A stretch of DNA of 32,000 bases from Psychrobacter cryohalolentis K5 (GTDB lineage: Bacteria > Pseudomonadota > Gammaproteobacteria > Pseudomonadales > Moraxellaceae). The notes under the pieces are model-generated. The model did no database searches, had not been told where the DNA came from, and saw only the letters and a program-made list of their open reading frames with translations. This document shows, piece after piece, positions 1 through 9,706 of the stretch. How positions within the stretch are numbered: the first letter of the stretch is position 1; the number at the start of each line of letters is the position of its first letter. Position numbers and translations under genes: made by a program. The stretch spans positions 2,700,001 to 2,732,000 of the forward strand of contig NC_007969.1 in NCBI RefSeq assembly GCF_000013905.1, read 5' to 3'.

Positions 1-667
1 CAGTGACGCTACTAAATTTACGAAAGTCATAACTATAAGGACCTGCAATACCAATCACTGCCGTGATATCTTTTGGCTTAATACCATAAGGCTTTAAAAA
101 ATCCTCATTGGCGACCGCAGCAACAGCGTTAAACGCTCCGGCAGAATGACCAACGACTGCAAAACGCTCTGGATTGGCATGGAAACGCTTGGCATTTTTA
201 TAGCTCCACGCAATCGCTTGCGCCGTATCTTCGACATAATCAGGATAGACATGCTCAGGGGCTTTACGATAATTAATCACTGCAGTCACATAACCTGCTT
301 GCGCCAAACTCTGCCCGACAAAGGCATATTCCTCCTTACTTCCACTCTCCCAAGAGCCGCCATGGACGAATACCACCATCGGATAATCTTGTTTGATGGT
401 GGTATTCGTTTTCATAGCCTGCGCTAAAGGTTTTGGATAGTAAATATCCAAATCTTGTAATGGCTCGTCACCATACAGGATGTCTTTACTAACCCCAATG
501 CCGCCATTTGAAGTAATACCATTAACGATAGCAAGCGCTGATAACGCTTGTGCTTGCTGCGTCGCTAGCGCAATACTGCCTACTGCCAACGCAGTAGTAA
601 CCCCTACACGTACGAGTTTGGACATACCTACCTTAGGTCGCTGTACATCATTATTTAAAGCCTTCAT
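1..667 (-). CDS. alpha/beta-hydrolase fold esterase/lipase; 3' end runs off the left edge of the window
   Basis: Not in the ORF track because there is no stop in the window. My reverse-strand translation from the ATG at 667-665 stays open to position 1. It reads MKALNNDVQRPKVGMSKLVRVGVTTALAVGSIALATQQAQA (signal-like), then ...DYPMVVFVHGGSWESGSKEE... (HGG oxyanion motif) and ...ERFAVVGHSAGAFNAVA... (GxSxG nucleophile elbow). The + strand ORFs at 146-427 and 480-701 carry no motifs. Confidence 0.75.
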   Translation of the reverse strand, partial: MKALNNDVQRPKVGMSKLVRVGVTTALAVGSIALATQQAQALSALAIVNGITSNGGIGVSKDILYGDEPLQDLDIYYPKPLAQAMKTNTTIKQDYPMVVFVHGGSWESGSKEEYAFVGQSLAQAGYVTAVINYRKAPEHVYPDYVEDTAQAIAWSYKNAKRFHANPERFAVVGHSAGAFNAVAAVANEDFLKPYGIKPKDITAVIGIAGPYSYDFRKFSSVT

Positions 668-912
668 AGCAGTATTCCTGTTATATGTCAGTCAGTTGTA
701 GATTTATAATCTTACCTACACTGCATTAACTATATTTGCGATTAATATTTTTTGACTGTACATATTTTACGGAATAACAGGGAATTTATCGTGCTTCTAC
801 TGTTATGGGTATTTAGTGTTCTTGTGAGTGATATTTGGGCTACTTTAAGATAAAACTAGCATTAGATAACAATATCTTGTCAAGATTAATCACTCATCTA
901 ATTCACTTCAAT

Positions 913-1758
913 CTATGGGTTTTGATACAGGTCAATGTAAGGGCTGGATGAAGGCTCGGTAACTGGTGAGCCATCTTCGGTCACTATAATAGGTGTGGCA
1001 CTGATAGTCGCATCTGCTGCGACAGAACCACTAGTATTAGATATTGCTCTGTTATTAACGACTGCAACTCTAGTTGGATGGGCTGAATTTGCAGCATTGG
1101 CCTCATACATGATGTCATCGTTACCCAGCTTTACGCCTCGATCATCGACGACAGTAGTCAGTAGTACCAATTCTGTAACACCAACCGTGCTATTGGCAAT
1201 ATCAATCAGGTGGCTTTGCTGCGTCGGTGTCATACGACCCATGATATAAACCACGCCATTATTGGTCACTGCTCTAATTTGTGACGCTTTTACCCCATCA
1301 GCAGCGGCTGTTTTTGCCATCAGCTTTGAGGTGATATAACCGTCATGGACAGTTTGGCTATAGCCTTTTGAAGCACCAACTGTCAGCTCATTATAGACTT
1401 GACGAACATCTGGCATAGAGCCTACGACTTTACTGACTTCTGCCTTAATTGTTTCAGTCGGCACTTCACCGGTCAGTAATACAATACTATTAAAGCTATC
1501 AATACTCATGCGACTGGTTTGCTGCAAATTTTCCTGCAAACCATAAACGTTAATCTTGACGGTATGCTCAATACTACGATCAAGCAGACGCTGCGGAATA
1601 GTGCGCTCAGTCATGGGCACGCCATAAGTACCTTCTGTACTATTGGTCAAATAATTGGTGGTACAGCCAGTCGTGACAATGCTCGACATTAATATAATGC
1701 CTATCGCGTTACGGCGCGGTGCGCCAAAAATAGCAGTGCGCAGATTCATCTGTGTCAT
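913..1758 (-). CDS. BON-domain lipoprotein (YraP/DolP / OsmY family) with a ~80-aa low-complexity C-terminal tail
   Basis: 281-aa ORF with a lipobox-like IVTTGC after a hydrophobic N-terminus. Two BON-like segments (...INVYGLQ...SIVLLTGEVPT... and ...IRAVTNNGVVYIMGRMT...) align by eye to E. coli YraP. SD AAGAGG lies 6 nt upstream. It sits next to yraN/rsmI, as in enterics. Confidence 0.8.
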   Translation of the reverse strand: MTQMNLRTAIFGAPRRNAIGIILMSSIVTTGCTTNYLTNSTEGTYGVPMTERTIPQRLLDRSIEHTVKINVYGLQENLQQTSRMSIDSFNSIVLLTGEVPTETIKAEVSKVVGSMPDVRQVYNELTVGASKGYSQTVHDGYITSKLMAKTAAADGVKASQIRAVTNNGVVYIMGRMTPTQQSHLIDIANSTVGVTELVLLTTVVDDRGVKLGNDDIMYEANAANSAHPTRVAVVNNRAISNTSGSVAADATISATPIIVTEDGSPVTEPSSSPYIDLYQNP

Positions 1759-1984
1759 GATTTACCTCTTTAGTACATGAGTATTCATAATAAATAATAG
1801 CAACAGTCAATGGTTGTAATTTTAACAAATATGACAAAAACTTGATTCAATAAAATTATTTTAGTGCCGCTACTCTACTGAATTTTTACTGCTTACAGTT
1901 AGGCTTTTGGTAACGACAACTTCATTTAATTTGCTTTGACATTATAAAATTAGCCACGCTTAAATAAATCATAAACAAGTCTTA

Positions 1985-2503
1985 TTACCAAGCTGACGTG
2001 ATAAATGCGCCTTGTAGCCATTCAGGCTGATTAATTTCTAACCGTTGATTTGGTTGATTGTCCAACGTGATATTGGCTTCATTTTTATTTTTTTTATTCA
2101 TTGTATTATAAGCAATCACATCAAACCGACATTCATATTTATGATATTGAGGGTTTTGCTGTAAAAAATGACGCGCTGCTTTGATAATTTTACGTTGCTT
2201 GCCTGCTGTGACGCTGATAGCCGCATCACCAAAATATGAGTGCTGTCTTTGCCGTACTTCCACAAATACCAGTGTCGACCATGCTTGTCCTTTTTCTAAC
2301 ATCACTAAATCAAGCTCGCCAACTTTAGGCTGCTGCCAGTTTTGCGCAACCAAAATCAACCCTCGCTCTTGCAAAAACTCACACGCCCGCTGCTCAAATC
2401 GGCTACCTTGGCGCTGTTTTGGAGAGGTTAGCATTAAAGGTTTATCATTTGCCATGACGTCTATCAGTCTGCTCAACATTTCAGAATTATCATAGCACAT
2501 CAT
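1985..2503 (-). CDS. yraN: YraN family protein (UPF0102, predicted endonuclease fold)
   Basis: 172-aa ORF. Segments ...FEQRACEFLQERGL...GELDLVM...LVFVEVRQR...KQRKI...ECRFDVIAY...EWLQGAF parallel E. coli YraN. The start is uncertain (weak SD at 2503; internal Met codons at 2479 and 2455). Confidence 0.8.
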   Translation of the reverse strand: MMCYDNSEMLSRLIDVMANDKPLMLTSPKQRQGSRFEQRACEFLQERGLILVAQNWQQPKVGELDLVMLEKGQAWSTLVFVEVRQRQHSYFGDAAISVTAGKQRKIIKAARHFLQQNPQYHKYECRFDVIAYNTMNKKNKNEANITLDNQPNQRLEINQPEWLQGAFITSAW

Positions 2504-2662
2504 GCTAAACTAACCACTTTCGCGTGTTGATACTGCTAGAATTTTTTACACTGTGCTTAAGCCTTATTTGATAAGGCATTTTTGCCTTTAATGTTGTTAG
2601 CCAGTTTTATCAGTCAGTGCGCCATATCCCTTTATTTATTATCTTAATGACCCGAGGTTTTC

Positions 2663-3619
2663 ATGTCTAGCCCTACCGCGATGCCAGCTTGTCTATATAT
2701 CGTTGCCACGCCGATTGGCAATCTGAGCGACATGACACCGCATGCGATTGATGTCTTAAAGCAAGTCGCTATCATTGCCTGTGAAGATACGCGCACCTCA
2801 GGTAAGCTGTTGTCACACTTTGGCATTAACACCAAAGGCAGTAAGGATGATGATACTGAAGAGGTAACAGTACACAATAATAAGAATGATGGCGAAAAAG
2901 ACCCTGATAGCACGGCTAAACAAAAAGGTCATAATAAGCTTTGGGCTTATCATGAGCATAATAGCGCCATTCAAACACCCAAAATTATTGAAATGATTGA
3001 GCAAGGTCATTCCGTTGCCTTGATTAGTGATGCTGGCACGCCACTGATTAGTGACCCAGGTTATCAATTGGTGCAAGCAGCACATGCTGCTGGCGTTCGC
3101 GTATCCCCTATTATTGGTGCCTCTGCTGCTATTGCCGCACTGTCTGTTGCAGGATTGCCCTCAGACCGCTTTAGCTTTATTGGTTTTCTACCAGCAAAAA
3201 CACATGGTCGCCAAAAACAATTAGCAGCACTGCACTCTCGCACTGAAACCTTAATATTTTACGAAGCGCCGCACCGTATTATTGCCAGTTTAGAAGATAT
3301 GGCGACTGTATTTGGTGCTGAGCGCGAAGTAACGTTTTGCCGTGAATTGACCAAAACCTTTGAGACCGTAAATAAAAGTACGCTTGGCGCTTTGGTTGAA
3401 TTTGTTAAAGCAGATGACAATCAGCAGCGCGGTGAAATAGTGGTGGTGGTCGCCGGAGCCAATGTTGCCCAAGACGATGATGACATCAGTATTCATGATA
3501 AATTACTGCAACGGCTGCTAGAGGACTTATCAGTGAAAAAAGCCGCTGCTTTAGGTGCTGACATCACCGGTGTCAAAAAGAATGCACTCTATCAGCGCTT
3601 ACTTGAGCTACAAGCATAA
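2663..3619 (+). CDS. rsmI: 16S rRNA (cytidine1402-2'-O)-methyltransferase RsmI
   Basis: 318-aa ORF matching E. coli RsmI motifs: LYIVATPIGNLSDMT, CEDTRTSGKLL, SDAGTPLISDPGY, GLPSDRFSFIGFLP, RELTKTFET, HGVKKNALY-like GVKKNALYQ. It contains a charged insertion (see findings). Confidence 0.9.
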   Translation: MSSPTAMPACLYIVATPIGNLSDMTPHAIDVLKQVAIIACEDTRTSGKLLSHFGINTKGSKDDDTEEVTVHNNKNDGEKDPDSTAKQKGHNKLWAYHEHNSAIQTPKIIEMIEQGHSVALISDAGTPLISDPGYQLVQAAHAAGVRVSPIIGASAAIAALSVAGLPSDRFSFIGFLPAKTHGRQKQLAALHSRTETLIFYEAPHRIIASLEDMATVFGAEREVTFCRELTKTFETVNKSTLGALVEFVKADDNQQRGEIVVVVAGANVAQDDDDISIHDKLLQRLLEDLSVKKAAALGADITGVKKNALYQRLLELQA

Positions 3620-3680
3620 TAATTTTTGGATATTATAACCAAACAGACGCAGTTATAAATTCTTTGAGGAGAGATAAGCA

Positions 3681-4700
3681 ATGTACGATGTGATGGCGAT
3701 AGGTAATGCTTTGGTTGACCACGAATATCTGTTATCAGATGCTGCACTAGAAGAAACTGACCTGACTAAAGGTAATATGACGCTGGCAGGTATTGAAGAA
3801 CAACAGCAATTATTGGCATATTTTAAGCTGGCAGAAATAGAACCATCAAAACAAGCGGGTGGCGGTTCAGCTGCCAATGCCATGTACACGTTTTCAAGTT
3901 TGGGCGGTAAACCTTTTTATGCCTGCCGCGTCGGCGACGATAAGCAAGGTGAATTTTATTTAAAAGACTTACATGAAGCAGGTGTTGCCACCTCACCTCA
4001 GTCCATTCATGTAGGCGGTGTAACTGGCTCATGTGTGGTTGCAGTAACTGAAGATGGCGAGCGTACTATGCAGACGTTCCTAGGTACTTCAAGCGATATA
4101 ACCGCTGATAACGTTGACTTTGACGCGTTAACTCAAGCTGAGTGGTTGTATTTGGAAGGCTACCTTGCTATGTCTGCAGGTATTCAGCCAGCGATGGATC
4201 AATTGCGTCAGCAAGCGACTGTAAACGGTGCCAAGATTGCCGTTAGCTTTGCTGATCCAGCCGTTGTGAAATTCGCTAAAGAAGGTTTGCTAAATATGCT
4301 CGGCAATAAAGTTGCGGTGATATTCTGCAATAGTGAAGAGGCACGTTTATTTACAGATGAAAATGAATACAAGTCAGCGGCGCGTGCGCTACTTGAATAC
4401 TGTCAAATTGTAGTAGTCACTGACGGTGCTAATGGTGCGGTGATTGCACATCAGCCAAATGATGAGTCCAACATTGAAATTCATGATATCCCTACGCCAG
4501 CAGTCGATAGTGTCATCGATACCAATGGTGCCGGTGATAACTATGCGGGCGCATTTCTATATGCTTTGTCACAGCAATATAGTTTGCCAGAATGTGGTCG
4601 TCTTGCCAGCGCAGTTGCCGCGCAAGTGATTCAACAGCTCGGTCCACGTTTAGCGTCAGAAGATTATCAGAGTATTGCCAAACGTGTACTGACTGCTTAA
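3681..4700 (+). CDS. PfkB-family sugar/nucleoside kinase (adenosine-kinase-like)
   Basis: 339-aa ORF with N-terminal GNALVD, GGSAAN, and the C-terminal PfkB signature DTNGAGDNYAGAFLYAL. SD GAGGAG lies upstream. Confidence 0.75.
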   Translation: MYDVMAIGNALVDHEYLLSDAALEETDLTKGNMTLAGIEEQQQLLAYFKLAEIEPSKQAGGGSAANAMYTFSSLGGKPFYACRVGDDKQGEFYLKDLHEAGVATSPQSIHVGGVTGSCVVAVTEDGERTMQTFLGTSSDITADNVDFDALTQAEWLYLEGYLAMSAGIQPAMDQLRQQATVNGAKIAVSFADPAVVKFAKEGLLNMLGNKVAVIFCNSEEARLFTDENEYKSAARALLEYCQIVVVTDGANGAVIAHQPNDESNIEIHDIPTPAVDSVIDTNGAGDNYAGAFLYALSQQYSLPECGRLASAVAAQVIQQLGPRLASEDYQSIAKRVLTA

Positions 4701-4740
4701 AAAATTAAGCCTAATAATTAGCAGTATTTAGATAGCTTAG

Positions 4741-4785
4741 AAAATAAAAAAGCCCATATCGATTTGATATGGGCTTTCTGCTTTA
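4741..4785. terminator. bidirectional intrinsic terminator between the kinase gene and metY
   Basis: 10-bp perfect stem agcccatatc (4751-4760) / gatatgggct (4766-4775) with a 5-nt loop. It is flanked by an A-run upstream and T-rich sequence downstream, at a convergent junction. Confidence 0.75.
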
Positions 4786-4800
4786 TAAGCTATTATTTAA

Positions 4801-6105
4801 TTAAGCCGCAGCCAATGCTTGCTCTAAATCGGCTTTGATATCTTCGATATGCTCAATACCAATTGATAAACGAACCATATCAATGCTGACGCCTGCCTTT
4901 TCGAGCTCTTGCTCATTGAGCTGGCGATGGGTGGTCGTTGCTGGATGACAAGCTAATGATTTGGCATCACCGATATTCACCAAGCGTGTAATCAGTTGCA
5001 GTGCATCAATAAAGCGCGCGCCTGCTTCAAGCCCACCTTTTACCCCAAAAGTCAAAATAGCAGATGGCGTACCTTTCATGTATTTTTTGGCAAGTTCATG
5101 CTCAGGATGGTCAGGCAGACCAGCATATTTTACCCAAGCAACTTTATCATGATCACGTAGATACTCTGCAACCGCTTGCGCGTTTTGAACATGACGCTCC
5201 ATACGTAAACCTAGCGTCTGTAAACCTTGCAAAATACTAAAGGCATTGAGCGGGCTTAACGCTGCGCCAGTATTTCGCAGCGGTGCCACACGAGCACGGG
5301 CGATAAATGCCGCAGCGCCAACGTCTTTGACGAAGTTTACGCCATGATAGCTAGCATCTGGGGTATTTAATAACGGAAAACGTTCAGGATAATCGTCCCA
5401 AGGGAAAGTACCACTATCGACAATAGCGCCACCAATCGAGGTACCGGTACCGCTCATATATTTGGTCAATGAATGAATGACAATATCCGCACCAAACTCA
5501 AATGGACGACATAATGCAGGTGTCGCAACGGTGCTATCAATCACCACTGGCACGCCATATTCATGCGCGATATCACTGAGTGCTTGGATATCAATAATAT
5601 TGCCGAGTGGATTACCAATACTTTCCGCAAAGACCATTTTAGTCTTATCATCGATTAAATCACGAATCGCGGCAGGATTTTTATGGTCAAAAAAGCGCAC
5701 CTCTATACCTTGTCGTGGTAATGCATGAGCGAATAAATTATAAGTACCACCATATAGTGTCGATACCGCAACGATATTGTCGCCTGCTTCACAAATGGTT
5801 TGAATCGCATAAGTGATGGCAGCCATACCAGAAGCCACAGCAAGCGCGCCGATACCGCCCTCAAGTGCAGCAACGCGCTCTTCTAGTACCGCATTGGTAG
5901 GGTTCATGATACGGGTATAAATGTTGCCAGCAACTTTTAAATCAAATAAGTCTGCACCATGCTGAGTATTATCAAAGGCATATGAGCTGGTATGATAAAT
6001 GGGCACAGCAACCGCTTTGGTGGTCGGCTCTACAGTATATCCGGCATGAATCGCCAAGGTTTCAAGGCGTTGATTATTTTGCTTAGCTGGTTGTCCGTCA
6101 CTCAT
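4801..6105 (-). CDS. metY: O-acetylhomoserine sulfhydrylase / aminocarboxypropyltransferase (PLP-dependent, MetY/Met17 family)
   Basis: 434-aa ORF with family-typical blocks: ETLAIHAGY, NPTNAVLEERVAALEGG, HSLTKYMSGTGTSIGG (PLP lysine context), GDAKSLACHPATTTH. SD AGGAG lies upstream. Confidence 0.85.
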   Translation of the reverse strand: MSDGQPAKQNNQRLETLAIHAGYTVEPTTKAVAVPIYHTSSYAFDNTQHGADLFDLKVAGNIYTRIMNPTNAVLEERVAALEGGIGALAVASGMAAITYAIQTICEAGDNIVAVSTLYGGTYNLFAHALPRQGIEVRFFDHKNPAAIRDLIDDKTKMVFAESIGNPLGNIIDIQALSDIAHEYGVPVVIDSTVATPALCRPFEFGADIVIHSLTKYMSGTGTSIGGAIVDSGTFPWDDYPERFPLLNTPDASYHGVNFVKDVGAAAFIARARVAPLRNTGAALSPLNAFSILQGLQTLGLRMERHVQNAQAVAEYLRDHDKVAWVKYAGLPDHPEHELAKKYMKGTPSAILTFGVKGGLEAGARFIDALQLITRLVNIGDAKSLACHPATTTHRQLNEQELEKAGVSIDMVRLSIGIEHIEDIKADLEQALAAA

Positions 6106-6180
6106 ATTGGGCTCCTATATATTTATTCGCTATCAAAAAATATTTGGTGATTAAAATAGCTATCGCTAAACGATAGGCAT

Positions 6181-6210
6181 AAAAAAAGCTGAGTTAATCA
6201 TAACTCAACT
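6181..6210 (-). terminator. intrinsic terminator downstream of nfuA
   Basis: The minus strand reads aagtTGAGTTAtgatTAACTCAgcttttttt: a 7-bp stem followed by a T7 run. Confidence 0.6.
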
Positions 6211-6330
6211 TCTTTATGAAAAGAATAGCAAATTATCCATCGCTTAATGACAAAAATTCATAAGCAATAAAAAACAAACATCCTATTCGTACTTATAATC
6301 ACCGATTAGGTTTTATTAATCAAAGCATTC

Positions 6331-7014
6331 TTATTTATAATAGGCGTTTTCAGTACGAGTATGATCGGTCTCATCAATCACTTGAGTAAGCTCTGGTATT
6401 TGCTGTTTTAGCTGCACTTCAACACCTTGACGCAAAGTCATATCAACCGCTGAACAGCCTTGACAACCGCCACCAAATTTCAATACGGCAGTCAATCCAA
6501 CACCTTCTTCATCAATCAATTCAAGCAACTGTACATCACCACCATGCGCCGCCAGACTTGGATTAATCTCAGACTGCAACACATAGTTGATACGCTCTTC
6601 TACACTGGCATCAGCGCCGACTTTTGGCACTTTAGAGTTTGGTGCACGGAAGGTCAACTGACCACCAAAACGGTCTTTATTATAGTCAATTACCGCATCT
6701 TCTAAATAAGGTACTGATGCCGCTTCAATAAAAGCAGAGAAATTATCGTAGCTGAATTTCAGGTCAGCACTATCCTCTTCGCCTGGCTGATTGTAAGCCA
6801 TGCAGCACTCAGCACGCGGTGTACCCGGATGTTCAACAAAAATACGTACGCCAATACCATCGGTGTCTTGCTTCGATAACAAATCCGCTAAGTAACCTTG
6901 CGCCGCTTCCGTGATGGTAATATTGCTTTTAGCTTCGGTTTGCTCAGTATCAAGCGCTGACTCGTAATCGGCAGCAGGTTCTACTTGAGTATCCGTTGGG
7001 TTATGTTCACTCAT
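6331..7014 (-). CDS. nfuA: Fe-S cluster biogenesis protein NfuA (A-type N-domain plus Nfu C-domain)
   Basis: The C-terminal Nfu motif [13 protein letters not shown] and an IscA-like N-domain ([11 protein letters not shown]...[12 protein letters not shown]) are present. I prefer the ATG at 7014 (MSEHNPT...) to the track's start at 7104. The extra 30 residues have no homology-like character. Confidence 0.85.
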   Translation of the reverse strand: MSEHNPTDTQVEPAADYESALDTEQTEAKSNITITEAAQGYLADLLSKQDTDGIGVRIFVEHPGTPRAECCMAYNQPGEEDSADLKFSYDNFSAFIEAASVPYLEDAVIDYNKDRFGGQLTFRAPNSKVPKVGADASVEERINYVLQSEINPSLAAHGGDVQLLELIDEEGVGLTAVLKFGGGCQGCSAVDMTLRQGVEVQLKQQIPELTQVIDETDHTRTENAYYK

Positions 7015-7380
7015 AATGCGTCCTATCTGTGTTATGACACCAGCGTGCTGTGTACCCGCTTCTTGTGTCGTCAATGCAAGGGAATATGTGTCAGTGACTA
7101 TCATGCTTATCGTTTGTTGCTTTGACCATGACAGCTATCTATTTATACGGCTCATTATAGCGCACTTAGTCGACTATTCCGACTGCAGCGGTGTGAATTA
7201 GCAGTGGCTATCTGTAATGATACTCACTTATAGTGAGCTGACCGTATCTTCATTGTATATAAAGACAGTAAGCTGACTTATCAAGTCTATGATGCATTCA
7301 GTGTAGTTAAAAGCTGTTACAAGCAATGAGAGCAGCTAAAGAAATTTGCTCAGAAAACTTAAGTCTTAAGAGAGCCCTGT

Positions 7381-8340
7381 ATGTTGACTGAAAATCTAAA
7401 ATTTGTGAGCACAAAAGATAATGTACAAATCGCTATTTGGCATATTTTTGATAGTGAAAAACAGCAATATTTATCTGATAGCTCTACTCATAAAGCCCAA
7501 AATATCTTTTTAACTCATGGTACATTTTCAGACAAAAAAACCTGCTTAAGAATCGCTGAATACTTGGCAATACTCGGACATCACTGTTATATCATGGAGT
7601 GGCGCGGTCATGGTGCAAGCTCAGCATCAAAAGATAAATTTAACTTTGAAACCATTGCCACTTATGATTTTGCTGCGACGTTTGACTATTTATGTCATCA
7701 ATTAAACCTCGATAATCTACACTGCGTCACTCATAGCGGCGGCGGTATCGGCTTAATCATGTTTCTCATTCAAAACCCAGACTATATCGACAAAATAAAC
7801 AGTATCAGCCTATTTGCCTGCCAAGCCTATGGCGCCGCCTTGCACCCTATTAACCGTGTCAAAATATTTATCGCCAAATATCTCAATCGCTTATCGGGCT
7901 ATATTCCTGCGCAAAAACTCAAACTGGGTCCTGTCAATGAAAGCTACCATACAATGAAGCAGTGGTACGACTGGAACTTACAGCAAAACTTTCACAGTAG
8001 TTTTATCAAGCAAGGCGATACGAATAAAAGCAATGTGAATAAGAACAGGGCGACACATATACTTGCTGATCCTGAGCCTTTTGATTACCGACAGCATATG
8101 CCAAAGATTACCATACCCATATATGCTATTAGCGCCAAAGGTGACCAGTTTATCTCCCCCACTTTGGGTTGTCGCGCACTGTTTAATAATTTTAACAATC
8201 ATGCGAATATCTTTCGTGAGTACTCGCTTAGCAATGGCAATTTAGACGACTATACGCATAGCCGCATTTTAAATAGCCGCCATGCTGCCAAAGAGATTTG
8301 GCCAACGGTTGCGGCGTGGATTGACAAGCATAGCGACTAA
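7381..8340 (+). CDS. alpha/beta hydrolase family protein, function unknown
   Basis: 319-aa ORF with THGTFSDK, EWRGHGAS and a nucleophile-elbow-like CVTHSGGGIG, the typical lysophospholipase/S33-like layout. Confidence 0.7.
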   Translation: MLTENLKFVSTKDNVQIAIWHIFDSEKQQYLSDSSTHKAQNIFLTHGTFSDKKTCLRIAEYLAILGHHCYIMEWRGHGASSASKDKFNFETIATYDFAATFDYLCHQLNLDNLHCVTHSGGGIGLIMFLIQNPDYIDKINSISLFACQAYGAALHPINRVKIFIAKYLNRLSGYIPAQKLKLGPVNESYHTMKQWYDWNLQQNFHSSFIKQGDTNKSNVNKNRATHILADPEPFDYRQHMPKITIPIYAISAKGDQFISPTLGCRALFNNFNNHANIFREYSLSNGNLDDYTHSRILNSRHAAKEIWPTVAAWIDKHSD

Positions 8341-8546
8341 CTTTATATATTTACCTCTAGCTTGATTGCTCAATAATATAGATACAGCCTTAAACATCTT
8401 TACACTTGCCAGCCAGTTGCAGCCTGTGTCAGTATTGATGTCTTCAAATTATTTTGAATTGATAATATTTTGAATCCTAGTTAATAACCAATAATTAAAA
8501 AATCCCCATTAATAATTGATAGCAGTACGGCAGGAGCTGGGCGTTT

Positions 8547-9596
8547 ATGAGTGAAGCATCAGAGCAAATTTCAGCTAAGAATAATACACACTATCGCTAT
8601 TTGGTGTTTATCGGGCGTTTTCAGCCCTTTCATTGTGGTCATAAAGCAGTTATTGATGAGGCACTCAAGCGGGCTGACAATGTGATTATGCTCATCGGTT
8701 CTGCTAATCTGCCACGTAGTTTGCGAAATCCTTTTAGTGTTGCTGAGCGCGCGTCTATGATTAAGGGTGCCTATTCAGTAGAGCAAGCTGCGCGTATCCA
8801 CTGCGTTGGACTCGATGATGCACTCTACAATGACACGCGTTGGCTACAATATGTACAAGCAGGCGTTAAATCCGTCACTGGCGACTTACAGACTGATATC
8901 GGTCTGATTGGTCACTCAAAAGACAGCTCATCGTATTATTTATCTTTGTTCCCCAACTGGGCATCTGTCTCCGTACCCAATTATCATAACTTATCCGCCA
9001 CGCCTATACGTGACAGCTACTTAATGGGTGCTACGCCAACACCTGAGCGCACCCCTGAGTCAACGCGCAACGTATTGGATGAATTCAAGAAAACAAGCGA
9101 ATATCAACAACTGCACGATGAAGCCGATTTTGTTGATAAGTATAAAAGACAATGGGAGTCTGCTCCTTATCCGCCAACCTTTATGACTGCCGATGCCTTA
9201 GTCGTACAGTCAGGACATATCTTGCTGGTTGAGCGCCGTAGTATGCCGGGGCAAGGATTGTGGGCACTACCGGGTGGGTTTTTAAACCCAAAAGAGACAC
9301 TATTTGACGCCTGTATCCGTGAGCTCCGTGAGGAGACTCGCCTCAAAGTCCCTGAGCCCGTATTGCGTGGCTCTTGTCATAGTCAGCATACCTTTGATGA
9401 TCCTTACCGCTCAGCGCGTGGGCGTACGATTACTCAAGCATTTTATTTTCAGCTAAAAAACGACCCAAAAGGCTTGCCAAAAGTAAAAGGCGGCGATGAC
9501 GCAGCCACAGCGTTTTGGTTACCGCTCGCCGAGCTTGATGCCAAAATGATGTTTGAAGATCATTATGCCATTATCACCAAAATGGTCGGCTTATAG
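8547..9596 (+). CDS. nadM: bifunctional NMN adenylyltransferase / Nudix ADP-ribose pyrophosphatase (NadM type)
   Basis: 349-aa ORF. The N-terminus has the nucleotidyltransferase motif FIGRFQPFHCGHKAV. The C-terminus has the Nudix box GGFLNPKETLFDACIRELREETRL. SD AGGAG lies 8 nt upstream. Confidence 0.85.
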   Translation: MSEASEQISAKNNTHYRYLVFIGRFQPFHCGHKAVIDEALKRADNVIMLIGSANLPRSLRNPFSVAERASMIKGAYSVEQAARIHCVGLDDALYNDTRWLQYVQAGVKSVTGDLQTDIGLIGHSKDSSSYYLSLFPNWASVSVPNYHNLSATPIRDSYLMGATPTPERTPESTRNVLDEFKKTSEYQQLHDEADFVDKYKRQWESAPYPPTFMTADALVVQSGHILLVERRSMPGQGLWALPGGFLNPKETLFDACIRELREETRLKVPEPVLRGSCHSQHTFDDPYRSARGRTITQAFYFQLKNDPKGLPKVKGGDDAATAFWLPLAELDAKMMFEDHYAIITKMVGL

Positions 9597-9706
9597 TATT
9601 TTATCAGACGGCTATGCGATCCTTTATTAATAATTTCCTAAACCGATAGACGGTAAAGGCTTCGCGCCGCCATCGTTGCGGCATCTCAAAGCAGAGGAGT
9701 TCTGTG

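Noticed and set aside
146-701. Plus-strand ORFs 146-427 and 480-701
   Set aside because: They are antisense shadows of the minus-strand esterase ORF, which carries the HGG and GHSAG motifs. The + frames have Cys/Pro/Arg-rich junk composition.
2181-2495. Long antisense ORFs: 2181-2495 (+), 2644-3085 (-), 11277-11603 (-), 13637-13984 (+), 25411-25890 (-), 30998-31255 (+)
   Set aside because: All lie opposite confidently assigned genes, lack an SD and have shadow-frame composition.
7015-7104. Longer NfuA start at 7104
   Set aside because: The extra 30 residues ([30 protein letters not shown]) have no NfuA-like character. The ATG at 7014 gives an N-terminus followed by the conserved domain.
9597-9706. 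Possible riboswitch in the 110-nt nadM-nadV spacer
   Set aside because: Only a 5-bp hairpin is present and I see no resemblance to known NAD-related RNA motifs. It is too short and unstructured to call.
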